Shown here piece by piece: positions 59,442 through 64,000 of a stretch of DNA of 64,000 nucleotides. Made by a program: the position numbers and the translations under genes. The stretch spans positions 12,485,950 to 12,549,949 of the forward strand of contig NC_134026.1 of NCBI RefSeq assembly GCF_964204645.1, given 5' to 3'. The notes under the pieces were generated by a model that worked only from the letters and a program-made list of their open reading frames with translations, did no database searches and was not told the origin of the DNA. Origin of the DNA: Tubulanus polymorphus. Its lineage: Eukaryota; Animalia; Nemertea. Every line of letters starts with the position of its first letter. Positions within the stretch are counted from its first letter, which is position 1.

Positions 59442-59795
59442 ATGGAGAGTAAACAAGCGCACAGTGAGAAAAACAAATCATTTCTAGATAGAATAAAAGA
59501 TACTACAAATGTAAAATCTGTAGATTATAAATTCAAAAAGTTAACAGAATTAACAATTCATAAGAAATATCTAATTACAAATATTGATACAGTTACTAAT
59601 AACTATGGAGATAAATTAGTTATACACTTAGAATATGAAGGATTAAAAGGAAATACATATAAATTCAGAACATATTTACCGGATAGATTTCATAGATTAT
59701 CAAGTGAAGATTTAGAAGAATTATGTTCTGGAGATTTCTATTTCGTATACAAAGGTAAGAATGAAAAAGGGCATCATGAAATAGATTTCGAATAA
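59442..59795 (+). CDS. Hypothetical Polinton protein, 117 aa
   Basis: Intact, TAAATG start, conserved with copy A. Confidence 0.85.
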   Translation: MESKQAHSEKNKSFLDRIKDTTNVKSVDYKFKKLTELTIHKKYLITNIDTVTNNYGDKLVIHLEYEGLKGNTYKFRTYLPDRFHRLSSEDLEELCSGDFYFVYKGKNEKGHHEIDFE

Positions 59796-59812
59796 GAAAA
59801 TATGTAAAATAA

Positions 59813-60571
59813 ATGGTAGAATTAAAAGAATACAGAATATTTGTTGATTCTAGAAGACTTACAAATTATAAATCTCATAATTTACCAGTACAATTAGATA
59901 GGGAATATAAAAATTGTGTAGATTTAAAATTAGTAAATATAAGTTTATGTAATTCTTTTTATAATATAACGGATAAAACTATTGAAGATAATGCTTTTAT
60001 GATTCATATTAGAAATGTAAATAAATGGTTTCATCTAATTTTAAAACCAGGATTATATAATTGAGAAACATTAGCTCAAGAAATTAATCGAAGAGCACGG
60101 TTGAAAATTAGAAAAGATGATAAATTTTTAATTAGATTTATAAAAAGTGATAGCACAAATAAAATTAAAATAAAGGTATATGATGAAAGTCAACATGCAT
60201 TTATGGTAAAAAAACCATTAGCTAAACTGTTAGAAATTGCACCAGATACTGTTACAGGAAACGTAGATGGTAATTCAAATATAATACCTTTTACACACTT
60301 TTATATTTATTGCAATTTAATCGAGCCTACAAAAACATTCGAAGCAACTAAAGATACAATTTGTAATTCTAGTATATTGAATATTTTACCATTAAAAAAT
60401 GTTAAACAATTTGGAACGCAAATAGATTATAATTTAACAGAATGTGATTTCAAACCATGCATTTCTCAATTTAATAATTTTAGATTAGAAATAAGAAATC
60501 ACAATGGATATTTAATTGATTTGAATAATCTTCCTGTGATATATGAATTAGTTATAAGATGTAGAGAGTAA
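59813..60571 (+). pseudogene. Putative minor capsid protein, premature TGA at 60062-60064
   Basis: ORFs 59813..60064 and 60101..60571 are in the same frame. Confidence 0.75.
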
Positions 60572-60588
60572 TGTTTTTCACTATATAA

Positions 60589-60945
60589 ATGAATATAACT
60601 GTTGGACCGAGTATATGTTTTGGGTTTGATTTTAAACGTGAGAAAGAAATGAAATTTAACATTACTGATGTAATTACACATATCAAAAATATAACATTTT
60701 CTAATGAAACAACATTTGAGTATGAAACAACAATAAATAAAGAAACTTTAAATGTAGAAAAGATTACTAATTTGATTAGAGAATCTTTAAGATTTTATGA
60801 ATTAGATGAAGATTTTATCATCGATGATATTAAAAAAATAATAATTGAAATATATACAAATGAAACTAGTAATGAAATAAATGTTGAATTAATCATAAAT
60901 AAGATAACTAAATATTTTGATGATAGTAATTTTTTTGATAAATAA
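60589..60945 (+). CDS. Hypothetical Polinton protein, 118 aa
   Basis: Orthologue of 4966..5307. Confidence 0.75.
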   Translation: MNITVGPSICFGFDFKREKEMKFNITDVITHIKNITFSNETTFEYETTINKETLNVEKITNLIRESLRFYELDEDFIIDDIKKIIIEIYTNETSNEINVELIINKITKYFDDSNFFDK

Positions 60946-61167
60946 ATGAGTGATAATAAGTGGATAATAACTGGATTATATAACGGAGCATTACTATCAG
61001 TTGGAACTGTTGGTTATTCAATGGTATTAAAAAAAGTATCTAAAATGGGAAGTGTTAATGTTGATAGATTTGATATCAATGATATTTTAAAATTAACATT
61101 AGCAGTCACTTTATCTAATTTAACTATTGATTATTTGGAAAAACAAAAATATATTCCTCCCATATAG
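60946..61167 (+). CDS. Small hydrophobic protein, 73 aa
   Basis: Intact; conserved with 5308..5530. Confidence 0.8.
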   Translation: MSDNKWIITGLYNGALLSVGTVGYSMVLKKVSKMGSVNVDRFDINDILKLTLAVTLSNLTIDYLEKQKYIPPI

Positions 61168-61191
61168 ATACATAATTATTTTACTAAATAA

Positions 61192-61614
61192 ATGGCTTCT
61201 GCAGTTATAACTATTATAGGATCGGCAATTGTTAACGCTTTAGCATTTACTGGTGGTGGTTATTTATTCAAGCATATTGATAAAAATGGATCATTAACAG
61301 AACAAAAAAGACATAACTTAGCATTAGAGAAATACAATAAAGCAGCAGAAGAATATAGAGAAAAACGACAAAACTATATGGATTATATTAACAAAGAATT
61401 ATATGATCAGAAGATTTCACATAGAGATTTTCAATCAGTTGATGATGCAATCAGTTTATATAACGCAGTAACCAATAAAGAAAAATTACATCTACATAAA
61501 CCTACAATATCAGATTATTATACCCCAAGTAATGAACAGAAGAAATATGAAATAATATGGATTTTAGGTGGAACAGTTATTGTTATATTTGTTGCTTATA
61601 AGTTTACTAATTAG
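61192..61614 (+). CDS. Hydrophobic-termini protein, 140 aa
   Basis: Orthologue of 5556..5978. Confidence 0.85.
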   Translation: MASAVITIIGSAIVNALAFTGGGYLFKHIDKNGSLTEQKRHNLALEKYNKAAEEYREKRQNYMDYINKELYDQKISHRDFQSVDDAISLYNAVTNKEKLHLHKPTISDYYTPSNEQKKYEIIWILGGTVIVIFVAYKFTN

Positions 61615-61633
61615 TAATTTTTTTGCTAAATAA

Positions 61634-62068
61634 ATGGAAGATAAAGTTGATAATATTGATATTATTCCTCATGATATAAATAAAACTAAATTAAAAACAT
61701 ATTTAGAAAAACAAATATTAGAATTTGAAAGTGATTTAAAAGTTAAAAAGAAAAAATATTTAAAAAGTAAAATTATATATTATCTTATTATCAGTGGTTC
61801 GGTTACAATTTGTTCTGTAATAACATTTCTAGCAATATTCAGTCCATTAACACCTTTAGCTATATCAATTGGTGTATTAGGATTAAGTTCAAGTGTTTTA
61901 ACTGGTATAAGTTCAAAATTGAATATAAAAAGTAATAAAGAAAAAATTAAAACTAATATAAAAGAAATTAATAAATTAAAGAATACACTAGATTATATGA
62001 TAAGTTTAAATGGCCATATAACAGTTGAAGAACAACATAAATTATTAAAAGAATTAATAAATTATTAA
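61634..62068 (+). CDS. Two-TM protein, 144 aa
   Basis: Orthologue of 5999..6430. Confidence 0.85.
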   Translation: MEDKVDNIDIIPHDINKTKLKTYLEKQILEFESDLKVKKKKYLKSKIIYYLIISGSVTICSVITFLAIFSPLTPLAISIGVLGLSSSVLTGISSKLNIKSNKEKIKTNIKEINKLKNTLDYMISLNGHITVEEQHKLLKELINY

Positions 62069-62084
62069 TTTTTGAGTTATATAA

Positions 62085-63412
62085 ATGGCTAGATAGTTTT
62101 CCAAAAGCTTTCCAATATAATAAATCAATTAAATATAATATTCCAGCAATAGATTTTAATAAAGATATTACATATAGAAATGAAGTTTTAAATTCATTAA
62201 TTGATTTATATATTTATGTTACTGAAAGTAATAATTTTCATGTAAAGATGGAAAATATATTTCATGTGTATACAATTAATTTTCAAAAATTTAAATGAGG
62301 CAAAACAATGGTTATTAAAATCTAATATGAAGTATTGGCAGAACCAATTAAATTTTGCTGTTTATTGCGCAACAACAGGTTGTGGAATTAGTTGGAATGA
62401 TCATTTAAACAAACCAAGTTTACCATTGATGTTATCACTTTTTAGATTTCATACATATTTTCAAATAAAATTAATATTAGATGAATTAGAATGTCCTTTA
62501 CCAGGTTCAAAATTATTTAAAAATTTGAATAATAATATTAATTTTTCTAAGTTTTATAAAATATGTAATGAATTTAATATTAATTCAAATAAAGATTTTA
62601 GAGCAAAAATTGGAACAATGGGTGGATTAGGAATATTATATACTAAAGAATTTGGAAAAATAATGACAAATTCAGATATAGGAACACTAAATTGGAATGA
62701 ATTACCAAAATATTATAATAATATACAACAACAAAACAATAATGGTTGGGTTAATTTCATTTTAGAAAATAGTGAAGGTTTTACTAAAGCTGGTATACAA
62801 AGAATAAATCAATCAATTAGAACTTATTTGATATGTATTTTAGGTGCGCAAGTTGAAACAAGATCCCCAATAATTGGAAATGATAACACTTCATTCGATG
62901 CGCAGAAACAACTCAAAGTATTATTTGAAGATTCAATTCATTATGATAAAAATAGATCGATTCCAGAAAACATTGTAAGATATCAAAATTATTTAGATAA
63001 ATCACATATTAGATTAAATTATTGTATAGGCCCTAATCTATTAATTATTTCTAATGATTTAGTATTAAAGATGGGAAATATAATTGGTTATAATAATCTA
63101 ATTAAAACTGCAACAATAAATAATTCATTTGGATTGAATGATACAACTAAAAAGATTATCACTGCTCCAAAATAAATGGAGGGTGAAAAAAATAAAAAAC
63201 ACATTCAATCAACAGAAACTAAAACTAATAATATTAAATTAAATAATGATTCTAAAATAAAAGATTACAATACATCAGAAAATATTAGAACTGATATTAT
63301 TCAACATGATATAATTAAAACTAATGATGATAATAAATCCCATGAAAATGCTAAATTAGCTTTAACTTGTGTAGGAATTGTAATCGGAGGAATATTATAT
63401 TTTAGATTTTAA
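62085..63412 (+). pseudogene. Conserved Polinton protein (orthologue of 6447..7831), frameshift near 62265 and stop at 63173-63175
   Basis: MARSFPKAF-like start equivalent to MADSFPKAF at TAAATG ~62085; colinear with copy A. Confidence 0.8.
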
Positions 63413-63428
63413 TTTTTTCATTATGTTA

Positions 63429-64000
63429 ATGGCAGAAGGTGGAGAAGATATTCCAATAGATACTTTTGGTGACGCTCCCGGCATAAGTGATGAACAACCA
63501 CCTGATTTTAGTGAAACAAGTTTTAGTAATGATGGTAATGAGCCAGAATATAATTCTAATTTAAATACACCTGAAGTTGTTCCTGGTTCTAAACCCCAAT
63601 CAACAAATGAATATATTAAAGGAGCTAGATCGAAAATACGTGCTGAAAATTTAGTGCCAGGTTTAATAAATAAAGAATTAAATTATGATGAAATCTGGTT
63701 TCAATATAACAGATAAAGGTATGGATATATTAGCAAAAGATTTGAAATATTTAAAGGGTGTTTATTATTGGAAATTGAAAGGCGACTATCATTTTATTAT
63801 TTTAAATATTAAAAGTAACGATAAAATAATAGCACAATCAACTTTTAAATTATTAGAACAATCTAGAATTAAGAAAATCAATAATGATGTTATAACTGAT
63901 GTTACAAAAAAGAAAGATCTGTTAATTTAAAAGAATTTAAACAAAGATATGCTAAATTTTTTAAGATCATTAATGAAAAATTAGAACCAGAAACAATTAC
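63429..64000 (+). pseudogene. 5' part of the large acidic/coiled-coil gene, frameshifted
   Basis: EGGEDIP..PGISDEQ.PDFSETSF..DGNEPEYN.NL is shared with 7848, then the sequence is unrelated. Confidence 0.65.

Larger units (their letters stand above)
54811..64000 (+). mobile_element. Polinton copy C, left end AGTAATAGGG at 54811, continues beyond window
   Basis: Same gene order as copy A; left flank GGTGTA. Confidence 0.96.

Noticed and set aside
1-64000. Free viral genome or prokaryotic origin
   Set aside because: The viral-like segments are interleaved with LTR, LINE, Helitron and MITE insertions bearing TSDs and spliceosomal-type introns, indicating eukaryotic chromosomal DNA.

Overview
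AT-rich eukaryotic (most likely invertebrate animal) genomic DNA made almost entirely of nested mobile elements; no host gene is recognisable. It holds three co-oriented copies of one Polinton/Maverick (adintovirus-like) family. Copy A (<1-17970) has its left end outside the window, copy B (~43543-52491) has lost its left half, and copy C (54811->64000) runs off the right edge. Together they show pPolB, minor and major capsid, packaging ATPase, integrase with chromodomain, several membrane-type ORFs and an NCLDV-type HNH nuclease; most genes carry stops or frameshifts. Between the copies lie a BEL/Pao remnant split by a 9-bp-TSD TIR element, an internally deleted Gypsy, and a Helentron-type Helitron (tegument-like deubiquitinase + Rep + PIF1, plus a spliced RPA-like gene). 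Also present are a 7-kb non-coding TIR element with a 6-bp TSD, several MITEs, and a CR1/L2-type LINE cut by copies B and C. The most unusual signals are in the Polintons: (i) most genes start at a poxvirus-late-like TAAATG after a T-tract, while pPolB, integrase and one apparently spliced gene have a purine at -3; (ii) every visible end is a 150-330 bp hairpin whose two arms co-vary; (iii) a 21-nt GC-rich hairpin sits in frame in three unrelated genes; (iv) the HNH cassette occupies different positions in A and B. My inference, which needs testing, is an endogenous virophage-like element that depends on a cytoplasmic helper virus.
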